A stretch of 64,000 bases of DNA from the human T2T-CHM13v2.0 reference genome, Homo sapiens: the NCBI RefSeq assembly GCF_009914755.1, contig NC_060925.1; one strand, written 5' to 3'. The position numbers and the translations under genes were made by a program. The notes beneath the pieces are model-generated. The model worked only from the letters and a program-made list of their open reading frames with translations. It searched no databases and was not told where the DNA came from. This document shows positions 44,059 to 58,889 of the stretch, piece after piece (position 1 is the first letter of the stretch; each line of letters starts with the position of its first letter).

Positions 44059-44472
44059 TGAGTTAAACTAAGTTTGGCTCAAAGCGGCCTCCATATTTGG
44101 GTAATAAAGTCTGGCCCAAAGTGGCCTCTGTATGGTCGTGAACTGTAACCTAGCTTGATACGTAAACAAAATGTCACTGAACCTAGGAGCATATCCTTGG
44201 AAGCAAGCTCGTCAGTCTCAGCCAATCATAGCAGCCCAAACCTCAGCAAATCTGGGACTGAAGGTGGCTAATTTATGCCCAAATAAGGGAAGAATCAGGT
44301 AACAGGTAATCCTTGTATGTCATGTTCTGCTTTCTGGTTATAAACATAGCTCACCACAGTGGAGGTGGGGCATTCTGAACCATCTTCATTTGGAATGCTG
44401 CCCATCTTTAGAAACTTTTTCTTGCACAAATAAACTGTATTAAATTTAACTGTCTTAGTTTTTTCTCTGACA
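44059..44472 (+). mobile_element. ERV1 LTR (LTR54/MER57-like) inserted in a MIR
   Basis: tgagttaaactaagtttggc...ctcagccaatca...caaataaactgtattaaatttaa...ctgaca; MIR sequence on both sides. Confidence 0.6.
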
Positions 44473-46229
44473 TGTATTTCAAACTCACGTCTGTCTGACT
44501 TCAGAAGCCCAGGGTTCTCACACTGTAGTACTCATTTGCCTCCCCATCATAAGCCAGTTGTCTTAAGGGGAAACCATGCTAATAGAACCCTCCTCCGAAA
44601 GAGCTCATCTTCCAGTATCAGAGACAGAAGTGTGGACAACTCCAGGACGGGGTGGTAGAGATACAAGAAATCATATGCCATCAGCAAAACTCTTTGCTAA
44701 TTCTAAGGCTTTATGGTTCTATCTCCGAAAATTTGAAGAAACCATGGTCTCTTTATTAGGTGGTTTTTTGCCTTAGTAAAGTACAACCCCAAATCTCGGT
44801 GCCTTACCACAACAAACCTTTCTTTCTCACTCTGAGTCTGAGGGCCTGCCGTGTCTTAGCTGTGGCATGGCTCCAGGTCATCTTTCCGGCTGGCTTCACC
44901 TTTCTTATTCTGAGGGCAAGTTCAGCGAGCAGCCCCTACCTGGGCAAGTTGTTCACACATGAGGGCAAGAGATGTGAAGCACATTTAAAGCCTCTGTTCA
45001 GGTGTGAACACTGAGTTTGCTCACACTCTGCTCTCTGGCTCTGTGCCTACTAAAGAGCCTGCATTTGAACTGTGACAGATTTCAACTATCCCCTGTAAGA
45101 GAAGAACATCAGTTCTTCAGAATTCCCCATTGCCCCATGGACAGTGCTACAATATGCCATGGAGATTTTATTTCCTTTTACTTGTTTATTTTGTTTTGCT
45201 TCTGTTTTACCTTCAAAAGAAACTATCAGAGGCAAGGGCAACCCCAGACCAATCTGAAATAAAGGGGCAAGTGGAATGAAAAGAATGAAAGATTCCAAAT
45301 CCCCCATAGCTTCCATACTAAGACAAAAGGGTGTAATTATGTGATTTTTGTCTTTAGCTATGGATGCTTATTATTTATTTCTTAAAACTTTAGATGCATC
45401 CCTCATATATAAGCCTCAGGGCACATTTACAACCACTGTTGGAAAAAAAAAAGCTTAAGAAAACTATATTATCTATTTATTCCAGGAAAGATTTACTTCA
45501 TTTATGTATTTGTTTATTTATTTATTTACTTGATTTATACAGCTGGGTCCAGCATAAGCCCCTGGGCATGCTCACATCAATTAAAACCATGAATAGAAGC
45601 AGAATGCTGAATACAAACAAAATCAACAATTAATGGACTATCCCCAACTGTAAAGCGCATTGGTAGAACCTTCAAATCATTCCTCCCCACTAGCCCCCTT
45701 GGGCAGAAGGATGGGTTAACAGATGGTTAAACACTGTTAAGAGAAGAGAATACGACATTAGTACTAAGGATGGAGGATGGTAGAATGACAGTACACAAAA
45801 TCCATTGGATAATTCTTCAGTAGAGTTACAGGTTGAACTCATAGACTTGAGGCTGGAGTTGGATGTAGCCGTGATCTGGCAGGGATTAGCAGTGATGGAG
45901 GGAGGAGAGGCTAAGAATTATTGAGTACAGGTAGGACATTAAGTAAAATCATGTGCATAGTAACACCCCATCCTCTGGACTTACTGGGAGGCTTGCCAAT
46001 GTGAGTGATCTGGTTTGGATTATTATTTTACTATAAGCACAATCCAGTTCTTGACCAACCCACAATTTGGCTTTCCTTGAATCACATGGTACTGCACCCA
46101 AGCACTCAAGTCAGCTGCTAACTTTGTGTGATACCATCAGATGGGGGTTCAGATAAGGCAGGCAATTTTTATTCTTCGTATTGTGTATTCATGAATATTT
46201 GTAATATGAGATTAAGAAAAATCCTTTGA

Positions 46230-47780
<1,551 letters not shown>

Positions 47781-48164
47781 AACTCCACTAATTTTAGTAT
47801 GTATACATGATTATCTTTCTGCGCCTTTGTTGATTTTTTTGTCTCTACATCTGACTTTTGTCTCATGCTATCACTAAAGCTTAACTATTTCTCTTCAATG
47901 ACTATTCTCTGTGTGTGTGTTATGTAAGGGGGTCCCTAGTGCCACATAGTACAGATATAAACAGGGTTTATTTGGAAAGACTTAGAAGCAGATAAGTAGC
48001 AGGGTGTATGCTGCCCCCTGCATCTCATTATTCCATAACATGGGCTGGGTATAGGTATTTTAAAACCTATAAAAATTTAAAACCTATAAAAATTTCAGCA
48101 AAAAGGGCCTGTCTCAGCCAGCAGGCTGGACTTGCTCCCAGGAGCACAGGGCAAAGAGAGCAAG

Positions 48165-48418
48165 TGATACGGTTTGGCTCTGTGTCACCACCCAAATCTC
48201 ATCTCAAATTGTAATCCCTAAGAGTTGAGGGAGAGACCTGGTGGGAGGAGATTAGATCATGGGGTCAGTTTCCCCCATGCCGTTCTCATGATGGTGAGGA
48301 AGTTCTCACGAGATTGGATGGTTTAAAAGTGTCAGTTTCCCCTGTTCGCTCTCTCTCTCTGCTGCCACCTTATGAAGACGTGCCTTGCTTCCCCTTGGTC
48401 TTCCACCATAATTGTATG
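48165..48418 (+). mobile_element. MSTA/THE1D-type LTR, 3'-truncated
   Basis: tgatacggtttggctctgtgtcaccacccaaatctcatctc...ttccaccataattgta, after which homology stops. Confidence 0.85.
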
Positions 48419-49908
48419 TAATTGCCCCATACCATGGTACTTACTTATAGGCTTGCCTGGGGGAGCTAGAGAACACCTGGCTTCTCTAAGATCTCTAGAA
48501 AGTAAGAAAGGAACTTCAGGCTCAGAAACATTGCTAAGGAGCACATGGATCAGGGTCAAGGTCTCCATTTTGAGTACCCAGACAGCAGCTCTGCTTTCCT
48601 GGGCCACTGACATCAACCAAAGGCCTTGTTGCTGCACAATTTGCACCAGCTGTCTGTTAAGCCACGAAAAGGAGAAGGGAAGTGTGTTCCTGGACCTTTT
48701 AGATTTGTCTGTCATAATGCCCCACTCCCTACATTCATTTTTAATTAAATTAAGTTATTGTACCAACATTGCTTAAATGCCTACTACACCTTCCAAGCCT
48801 TCCAGACACAAATTTAGACAATATGGTCACTGCCATGAAGGAGTTCACATTCTCATCAGCAACCACAGTAAACAGTAATCTAAATATGACAAGAAACCGG
48901 TGCACAGAAAAAACTACCAGACCTCACCCATCCTTCAAAGTACAGCTTAAAACTCAATTCCTCTAAGAGTTCATATGTATTTATGATTCATATATTTGTA
49001 AGAATAATAAAAGTGAATAGTTTTAAAAATTACTTGTTGCATTTTATGTCTGCTATTTTTAAAAGCAGATGTATCTATTATTACAACATTTAGAAACACT
49101 CTAAAAATCTAGTAAGCAAGGAATAGTTAAATAAATTGTAGTAAATTAATGAGATAGAATATTAATGTAACATTAAAAGTGACCATTAAAAAGACCAAGT
49201 AGAAAAATTAAAAAGTGACCCAAATTTGTGTGCATGCAGAAATACTAATATTTATGGACAAAACATGATGGAAATACAAAACACATTGCAGCAATAACAT
49301 TTTGCCAAAACAGAATTGTGTTCTCTTGAAATTTCCTGTAATATTATTGTTTTATAATAAACCTAAATCTAGAAGAAAAAATAAAAGTCAGCTTCCCTTA
49401 TTTCTTTTTCTTTTTCATATATATCTCCATTGTACATTTGTAGACTAATTTATAGACTAATTTATACATGAGATAAGCATTCTTTTATACTTGTGTGTAC
49501 ATGTGTATGTTTGTATGTCAATTGTCTTCTATATTGAAAATAGTCCCTATCAAAATGGACAAGAGCAATCCAGCTCAGAATAAGTAGCAAAGGGATTCAT
49601 CCTGGAGCCTTGGACATAGGCACTGAAAATTCTTTATTTTTGCGATTGTGATTTTCATTTCATTATTATTTTGAATACACCCACAATAGGGGCAAATGTC
49701 AAAAGCACATTAGCTAGCCTGTAGTGAGGACCTCCCAGCCAGACTAGAGCTCTGGCTCTCCTGCTTGTGCAGCCAGAAGCTTGGCTCTGGGTATACTGTG
49801 AGAGGAGAGGATTGGCTGCTGCCAAATCCTGGAATTCCTCCCCTGGGGTAGGAGTGCCACTGGGGTGACCGTCTTGCCCTTTCTCTCACTTTCTAACTCC
49901 CCACCATG

Positions 49909-50340
49909 TGTATGGCAGAGGCACCTGACAGTTATAACTGCAGCATATTCTGGAGATGACTTTATGGTCTAAAAAGAGTGTTGGTTTGGAGTTCCAAGTT
50001 AAGGAATCCGGGAGTGGCCCACCTGAAGATTTATTTTTTATACATGAAGACCTTCAAACCCCTGGCCCATTCCTTGGAATATAGGCCATATAGGGGATCA
50101 AGGCCCTTTGTTTTAGGTTAAATGGAAGTTGCTAGGTGAGGGTGTTAAGTGAAAATACTATATAAACTGCATGGTTTTTACAAACGATAATTGTCTTCCT
50201 GTCCAGCCCATGGCCACTGAACTCCTATATGTAAGTCCCCCCAGTAAATCCTATGTCTTGAATGCTAGCTCTGGATCTTTTCTTCAGCTTCTCATATATG
50301 ATCACCTCCTTACCGGAGTCAACAGAGATCTGATACAGCA
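49909..50340 (+). mobile_element. LTR47-like solo LTR
   Basis: TG...CA ends, TSD ccatg (49904-49908, 50341-50345), TATA-like ctatataaactg, agtaaa signal. Confidence 0.7.
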
Positions 50341-50774
50341 CCATGAGAGGTCTCTAATGGGCAGGTGAATTGCAGGATCTGGGCATGCCTAGCTCACTTT
50401 CCCTCTCTCTGTCCTTCCTTGTAGTACCTTTTGTGTTGTTATTGTTAGAGATATGGTCTTGTTACGTTACCCAGGCTGGATTCAAACTCCACCTGTAACT
50501 TGCAGTGTCTTTACAGGATCAGGCTTTGTCTCTGTGAAGTCAGTCTTGCCCAGACTAGCACTACTGGGGGAATAAAAGTGTGTAAATATGTTATGTGAGA
50601 TGAGGCAAGTTTGTCTGCCCACAGATAGATGCCACAGTTTTCAGTATTAGCCTTATCAGTAAAACAGTGATGTTCTCATTTCCCATCTCTTATTCTTTTG
50701 CCTTATTTGGGGGTATTCTCAGAGCTTATGCAGGGAAGGCAGATGCTTCCTTATTGGGCCACATTGAGTCCTCT

Positions 50775-51170
50775 CTCAAGTCAGTTTCTCTGGGAAGCTG
50801 ACTCTGAGACAGAGACTGAAGTATAAGATTATTAAGGAAGACTTAGAATATCACTGGTGCAGAATAGAAGGAAGCAGGTTTGGGCAGAGAGGGAGGACCT
50901 GGGCAGTCAGAAAAAAGCCTTCAGCCAGCTTCCTGAGGAGCTCTGGGCCTCTAATGGTCCTTCAGAGTCATCCTGAGTTGAGAGTTATACCTTTATAGCT
51001 ACCTCATGAACAAGTTATTGGATACTCGGGACTAGCGTGAAGGGTGACCTTAAGTAAGACAGTTCCCTTTACCTGAGGACACTTCACAGAGAGGGCTGGA
51101 CCCAAAGGCTTTCTATTGGCAACTCTCCGAGAAACTGGAGGAGGGCCTGGTTTGGGCACAGCCCACTACG
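50775..51170. mobile_element. LTR40-like ERVL LTR
   Basis: ttctctgggaagctgactctgagacagagact...gaaggaagcaggtttgggcagagaggga. Confidence 0.55.
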
Positions 51171-53203
51171 AACCCCAATAGATTCCATGGCTGGAGTTTC
51201 TCTCAACTAGCCTAGAGTTTGGAAAATTCCTTTATTTGTGAGGACATGCAAAAAGATTTTCAAGATCATGTGCCATATGTGTGTGTGTGTATGTTCATTA
51301 AATTCTTTCTGAATATACATGGATACATATGCACGAACACAATCTACCCCTATATCTTAGAACCATGTTATGAGTTGGCAGAAATTAAATTTGAATGAGG
51401 TCCTCAAACTTCCACTGACAGAATGTAGTACATTAAGTCATTCATTTGTTCCATGAGCTTTTGTTGAGTGACTTCTAGGCATTATGTATGGGAATACATA
51501 GGTGTACACATTGTTCCTGCTTTCACCAAGGGTTCAGGCTCACAGCTGAAAAATTTGCCCTGAATGAAGTCTTCTCAAAGCCCCAAATTATAATACATTA
51601 TTCTCCTGCTCTATGTTCCCATGTGTGATGTACTTCTTCACCCTAAGTTAATAGCTGGTACTTCTCAAATCATCTGTCCTTTCAATCACTGCTATTGGAG
51701 ACCATATCTGCTTTATTTGCCACTCTATCCCCAGTGCCTTACAGTGTAGGTTAGTAATTAATAGTAGGTGATTAATAATAACATACCTTACATAGTAGGT
51801 GATTAATAAAACATATTGAAACAATAAATGAATAAACAAATATAATATATCAAACATGACAGATCAAAATGCATGTGGGTTCATTCTGAGAAACTCAGAA
51901 AGGCTTCACAAAAGAGAGACAAATGTTCAAGGATATTTGCAGCAAGAGAAGAGCACTCAAGGAGCACAATTATGCAAAGGTCTGGTAAGTTTAGTGATCA
52001 GTTTTTAATTCAGTGTGGTAGAAGCATAAGGTGATGAGGCTGAAGATATAGGTTAGGGTCATGAGCTACACAAATTAAACATTTTAGGGGAGAAAGCTAG
52101 GGAGTCAAATGCATGAAACCATGGTCAGAGTCAGAGCCAGGACAGTAAAATACAAAAAGACAGGAAAAGCACAGGGCAGACCAGCTAATGCTTCAGGCTG
52201 CATTCCACAGGAACAAAGCAAGCCTCTGAGTACAGTAGGCACTGGTTTAGAGCAAAGGGTAGAATGACAATCTTGAAGAAACCAAAACAGAAATCCCCGG
52301 CCCTCATGCTCCATAGCAGCATCCAAACACCTTGCCAAGTCAGGACTCCAACCTGGGCAAAGACCAGCCATTATCCTCATGAAGAGTCCTCTTGCATACG
52401 TAGCAGAAAATATTTTTTTTCTTCAGTTGATCCTGACTTATTTTCTAAATAAACATGAGCAAAATCAAGAGGTGCTGAGCCAGAAGTTTTGAAGGCAGCC
52501 AGGTAACACAAGGACCTGACATGATCCAACCTCTGCACACGCAGATTCAGCAGAAAGCAAGAAGCAGGCCGGTCACAAAGTGCCCTGAGAGAGTTCTCTG
52601 CAGCAGGAACCAAAGAAAAATCAAATGGCTGCGGCTCACCATTAACAAGACTCACTGGATGCTCAGGACTAGGGGAGTCCAAAAATCTGAGAGGCCATCA
52701 TTATTAGCCAAGCACACAGGATAAAGGTCTGGGAAAAAGAAGAGGAAGGCAAAGGACAGAAGTTGGAATGGTGCTTCTCTGAGTGAATGTGCAAAAGCAT
52801 ACATTTTCTAGCCAAACAGTCAGCCATGGATATTCAAAGTTGAACCTTATTTTCCAAAAGCATTTGGATAAATAACTGCCAGATTATAATCCATTAGGTT
52901 TGGAATAAATAGTGTTAAAATATTTTTAAGATTGCATTACATACTTGTATATATCGTAAAGATCAAGATACAATTAAGTCCACTTACCATAATTGGCTAA
53001 ATACAAAACAAAACAAAAAACTAGCAAAGCTGTGGTCCTTGACCATCAACTTCTAAATGTAATCTTTAAAATGCATTTTCACTTTTATGTTTAGAAACTT
53101 CCATCAATTCCTAGCTCTAGGCTTTCTGAAGCTTCTTACAGATCTGGGCTTCCTGTCTCCTCTTTGCTTATATGCCCTAGCTTTTTTGAGAATGATACTT
53201 GTA

Positions 53204-53482
53204 TTTTTTTTTTTTTTTGCAAGTCAGAGTCTCACTCTGTCACATGCAGTGGCATGATCTTGCCTCACTGCAAGCTCCACCTCCCAGGTTCAAGCGATTC
53301 TCAAACCTCAACCTCCTGAGTAGCTGGGATTACAGGGGTGCACTATCATACCCAGCTAATTTTTTGTATTTTTTGTAGAAACAGGGTTTCATCATGTTGG
53401 CCAGGCTGGTCTTGAACTCCTGACCTCAAGTGATCTGCCTGCCTCAGCTTCCCAAGGCCGGGCATGGTGGCTCACACCTGTA
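53204..53482 (-). mobile_element. AluS with inverted 5' end
   Basis: Minus-strand Alu 53204-53455 joined to plus-strand Alu nt 1-27 (ggccgggcatggtggctcacacctgta, 53456-53482); TSD tgtattt. Confidence 0.9.
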
Positions 53483-54029
53483 TTTAATATTTTTAATGTA
53501 AATTTATTTGAGCCTCCATTTTCATTTAACTCACAATATGGTTCAATATTCTTAGGGTTCAGTATTTTTGAAGTCATTCCCAATGAAGTGGCATGGGGTG
53601 GTGCAGGTTTTCAAACATTTTAGCAAAATTCATTTTAAAAGTTAAATCATACATTATTGCCATATGTGTAAAACAGAACACAAACTCAGCTGAACGTGGG
53701 CTTGGATGGTGAGGAATGGGGTGCAACAAGGATCACCTCGGAATTCTCAAATGATTGTTTAGAAGTCACTGATGTGTTAGAGAGAGGCCTGGACCAAAAA
53801 TTAGAAAAACTTGGCTGTCGTCATGGCTGTGTCACTGAGAAAGCTTAACCAGTCATCTAGCACCCCTGAGCCTCAGTCTTCCCTGTGTGAATTAACATAA
53901 GTAGAATAAATAATTTGGAATGCTCAGTCTAACTAAATAAATCTTAGTTATCCTGAGAATATAAGTTTTATTTACTTGAATAAACTGTGCCTCTTTGACT
54001 AAAAAGCTGTACATGTCCTTTGAAAATCT

Positions 54030-54620
54030 GAATTTATCAGGCATTTTCTGTTCTCTTATTCATCCTGAGTTTCATTACGTCTCCCTTTGCTTACTCTCCA
54101 AGATCATTTGAAACTGCATAGTTAGAATCCCATTCTTGAATGTTTTCCATTTCTCTTAAACTTTCTTCCCTTTCAGAATTTTGCTGTAAAATTATGCCTC
54201 TCTGCTCTCCTCTCCTGTTAAAATACCAGCCCTCTTGAAGTCGAGGGGACACATCTGACAAGGTCCAGCCTCCTCACTCTTGGTTGTCACTTCAAGATGA
54301 CATGGTGTGGACACTTTTCCCCCCAGGTTTCAATCACTTCTACTTCATCAACCAATTTCCACTTGCAGTTCAGAATTAGGGCCAGACTAATAGTTTCCTC
54401 ATTCCCTTTCTCTACTCTCTGGGAGGAAAAATTATCAGAAATTGTGGCCTCCTTAGTCATGTGGGCAGTGAAGTCAAAGCCCATAATCTCTTGGGGCTTA
54501 AATTGTCTCACTGACCACCCCTTATCAGTTGAATGGGAATGAGAATAGACCAGTTTCTAGCTTCTGAATTCTCATCAGGACAAACCCATTAAAAGTATTA
54601 ACATATAGAGTGGGTCTTGT
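54030..54620 (-). mobile_element. L3/CR1 endonuclease-region remnant
   Basis: ORF 54287-54511 peptide SDNFSSQRVEK...LILN.K.KLVDEVEV..TWGE...HVIL aligns by eye to CR1 DNFISQKV...LDLILTN.EELV.EVEV.GTLGESDH.IL. Confidence 0.6.
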
Positions 54621-55114
54621 AGGAACCACTCAGCTGCTGTCCTCTTTCTTTTGAGGATGGACCAATAGGGGCTTTTGGGCTGTGTGGTCCACAGGCCAGC
54701 CTGTCTTCACTCAGCATCTCTTGTGCAACCGCACAATGCCTAGTGCATTCTTTCTCTTAAACACAAGTGGACAGGGACTAATACATCTATGACAGTTAGG
54801 AGAGATCCACAGGTACAAAAGATGACTATGACTCCCAAGTTCGTCATTATTTTTTATTTCTGATCAACTTCTCATAGTTCCAAGTGGGATCCACTTAGAT
54901 GTCCCAAATCACTTCAAATAGACCATATCCAAAATCAATATTATCTTCTTTTTCTTTCCCAAATTCTCATTAATATTGCTCCTATTGTCCTGGCTTCCCA
55001 GGCTGGAAAATTTGGAGACACCCAAGACTTTTCTCTCCTCCATGACCTTCCAGTTAAAACTCATTTGGTAACTGGTAATAGATCATGAGAAAGTCTACCC
55101 AATTTAAAGAATCC

Positions 55115-55117
<3 letters not shown>

Positions 55118-55150
<33 letters not shown>

Positions 55151-55347
55151 GAGATGGGTCTTGCTCTGTCACCTGGGCTGGAGTGCAGTGACACAATGAT
55201 AGCTGACTGCAACCTAGAACTCCTGGGTTCAAGTAATCCTCCTGCCTCAGCCTCCCAAGCAGTTAGGACCACAGGCATGCATCACTACAGCCAGCTAGTT
55301 TCTCTTTTTTTTTGTAAGGATGGGAGTCTCCCTATGTTGCCCGGGCT
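55118..55347 (-). mobile_element. AluJ, 5'-truncated, (TAA)n tail
   Basis: (tta)n followed by gagatgggtcttgctctgtcacc...aactcctgggttcaagtaatcctcc. Confidence 0.9.
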
Positions 55348-56869
55348 TATTTTTTATTTAAACAAACGTGCCAAGCAAAGTGAAAGCTAGGGAAGGTTTG
55401 GAGAAATTGTGTGCATTTGACTGCTTATTTAACTTATGAGTTCAAGCAAAATCTGAGGGTTAAGGAATTTTAATTACAGAAGTTGCACGATAAAATGGTT
55501 TCTCAGAGAAACATTTTTGAGTGCTCATTTGTTAATTGGTTTTTCTTTCTATGCCAAATGCATTAAGAATTTGTCATATTTTAAATGCAATATAATTAGG
55601 TATAAATTCAAGAGAAAAGTAGACATTATGGAAGTTTTGACCCCAGTTTTCTTAGGAATTATTATTACTAATTATTTTTCTCCAAATTTATATTCACAAC
55701 ATCTTGTGCAAAGCCACAAGGGCTGCCTGGCATCTGGTCCAATTGAGGCTAATAATGAAAATAGCGTAAGAACTGGAATCCAAGCTAAGCTTTGTGATGC
55801 TCACATATATCTGTGCAAACCTCCTGCCATATCTTTCCAATGGAATGCTGAATTATTCTAAATTTCACACTGTGAGAGGTATATAAAATAAAGAAGATAA
55901 AAAAAAATCAACCCCAGAGCAGCAGATGAAGATCACTGTAGAGAAAGAAACCATATAATGGGGCCAGGCATTTTGCTTACTGCCTGGCATCACTGGGTAA
56001 AGCTTTGAAAGGACAAAGCCTCCTTTGGTTACTAAGCCCAAATTCAGATACAGACCCACGCACTCGATGGGAGGCAATGAAGATTGGCTGGAATAAACAG
56101 GTGTCCAAGGGTTGAGTCAAATGTGGACTTCCTTTCGTGAGAATATGGGAACAAGAACAGGGATCATTTGGAGTATCAGAAACCTGATGGAATTCTAATT
56201 GCTGAGCTCAAACTAAGATTAGAACTAGCAAAATTACTTTTGTGGCTTAAAGGGGGGGTGTCTTTAGGACCTATCAGAGCCAGACCCCATACGACTGGGT
56301 AGATTGTGTTTTAACCTCAGAACTATGCCTCTGCACCCAACAGACATTTTTATGCCAGATGAAATCTTTAAGAAATAGCTCCATTTATATGGCCTTAATT
56401 TGTTTTGATGTTATCTGTAAGGAAAATTATTGGTGGGTTTTTTTTTCTTTTTGAGATTCATTGGTGCTTTCCTCAGTCATCGTGGCTATTTGAAGGCAAA
56501 ATTGAAAACGGCAGTATTTGTTCTTTAAAACCTTAGAAATGATCTCAAATTCAACAACCAGTGTTTTTTTTTTTTCTCAGCAGTAACTACATTCCTCTGA
56601 GATAGCAAACCATCCCATTAGAAGAAATGAATAACTTGTTTGTATATTAAATCTGTTTTTATTAGAATAGGGGTTAGTGTGGACATTCATTTAGGTGACT
56701 CTGTGGAATAACTTAAGAAAATGTATTATCTAACAGAAGAGGCCAGACTTTCGATAAAGAAGATCAGGTCTTTGGTTCTGGATGTTTGGTCTTGTTTTCT
56801 TGTTTGGCGGTTTTGGGGAGTTTTGCTCTCTTTTATTTTATTTTGTCCTCCAGATGAAAGTGGGGATAG

Positions 56870-57315
56870 ATGCTGTTGGTGCTCTGCCCACATCCCCTTT
56901 ACTGAGCAGGACACAATCCCAAGCTGCCATGACTGTTGTCTACCAATGATTCACAGCTGCCACTCTCTCCAGAGAATTGTCTTTAGCAGACAAGGGTCCC
57001 CTCACCAAAGAGATTACCCTCACCACAAGATCCCCCACTCTGGGGGAGCCCACAGACAATGACTTTCCTTGAGCAAGGGGATTTGAAATGCTCAACGCAG
57101 GGCAAATCTGTGGTGAGACTGATGCTCCAAAGGTCGCTATAATCAGGCCAAGGTTAGACTTGGCTCTTTCCCTTTCCTCTTCCTGCTTCCTTACTCTCTC
57201 AGGTTTTTCGTTTGTTCTGTTTGGTTTTATTTTTCAGAATAGCAAGCTCTCAATCAATCAAGGGTTACATGACCTATGTCACAAGCTCTGCTTCTTGGAG
57301 ACTCAAGACTGGTAG
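56870..57315. mobile_element. LTR16-like ERVL LTR
   Basis: ctctgcccacatcccctttact...cagctgccactctctccagagaattg...ctctgcttcttggagactcaagact. Confidence 0.45.
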
Positions 57316-57983
57316 TGTTTCCTTCTCTGTCTTGTCATAGATTTCATAATCTGTATAATGTAGGCAAATCATTTAGTGACAATGAGGACATTAAATCACA
57401 TTATTAACTATTTAAGGGGGCTTCCTGATATGTTGACTCACTGGCTTAGGTCCTGTGGGAAATCACCATAAGAAGTGATTCTAGCCCACATGGTGGTAAA
57501 ATTTGGTTGGCAAAATATATAACAAGGTATAAACAAGTAAAACTAACATTTAAATCGTTGAAGATAACACTAGCTATATCAAGACAGTACATGATTAATC
57601 ACAAAATGAATTATGAAGATAATTGCTACAGCAATTCTTTCCACCAGAAGTCAGTGAATTTGCTTCTATTTCTTACTGACTGTAATGGGCAACAGTTGCT
57701 TGATCTCTCTGGGCCTCCATTTTATCAGTAAGATGATGGTTAATGTCTAAAAAATCCCAGAGGTCTTTCCCAGTTTTGAACTGCTTTGGCCATGTGAGTG
57801 TCTGCCTGGGGCTGGTGTAGCTTTAGGGAGGAAGTCAATGTTGAAATAGCTGATTTGAGAAAATACATTCCAGATAAAGGGAAAATGTGCAAAAGAGCAA
57901 AAGTGAGGAAGCAAATTCACTAGGATGGTTGTCATTAGAGTACCTTGGTAGAGCATCTTGGGAGATGGAACTGTAGTGAACGT

Positions 57984-58031
57984 CAGATGATAAAAGTGTT
58001 TAATGCCAGATGATAAAAGTGTTTAATGCCA
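57984..58031 (+). repeat. Perfect 23-bp tandem duplication
   Basis: cagatgataaaagtgtttaatgc x2 + ca. Confidence 0.95.
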
Positions 58032-58634
58032 AGGTTCAGAAATATAGACCTTATCCTGTGGAATAAAATGCAATTTCATTGGCATGGGAAGGATGGCACC
58101 TAAGCTTTTTTCCTGTTCTGGGCCCTGACTATGTTTTCTGTAATCCCGAGGGTGCCTGCAGGCACTCTGTGCAGTCATATGAACTATCTGCAGTTTCTGG
58201 AAAACACTAAGGCCTACCATACCACAAGGCCTTTGCATATGCCACACATTTGCCAAAAACACAGTCCGCTTCATTGCTCTTTATTAATCTTTCTCATTTC
58301 TCAAGACTCCGTGTAACCATCATGTCCTATATGAATCCCTCCCTCTACCCATTCCCACTAGGCAGAGCTGTTTACTTCCTCCTCCTCAGCACTTCCCTAG
58401 CACCTTGTCTATAGTCAATACAACACACCTACCACAGTGTATTGTAATCATAGATTCACATCCTTTCTCCCCTCATTAGGAGGTCATGCATTCCTTGAGG
58501 ACAAGACCTGGGTCCTAATCATTTTATCCAGTCTACCACTGCACCCACTTTTTCCTATCCCAAACATTTACCAGTCCTAGCACAGTCTCTGACAAATAGC
58601 AGGTAGTCAGTGATCTCCATAGGATGAGTGAATT

Positions 58635-58889
58635 AGGACTGCATTGTATCTTGTGTGATCCCTAGGCACTTCGGACTTCATGGGCTACTTTCTCTATATA
58701 GAGAATTAAAATGGTATTTTATGATTGCATTAGTATAAAGATAAATATATTAATATTACATATTAAAACTTTTTTACTCAAAGGTTCATTTTTTCCTTTT
58801 GATTTTAAAATAAAACACTTTCATGTGCCCTGAAAGTACTTTGGATCCTAAACACTGTGCCTACTGAGCCTAATGAATAAGCCAACCCT
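58635..58889 (-). mobile_element. hAT-Tip100-like DNA transposon remnant
   Basis: Terminus cctaaacactgtgcctactgagcctaatgaataagccaaccctg. Confidence 0.5.

Noticed and set aside
44068-44135. Direct repeat aagt.tggc.caaag.ggcctc
   Set aside because: Lies inside an ERV1 LTR and is probably part of the family consensus.
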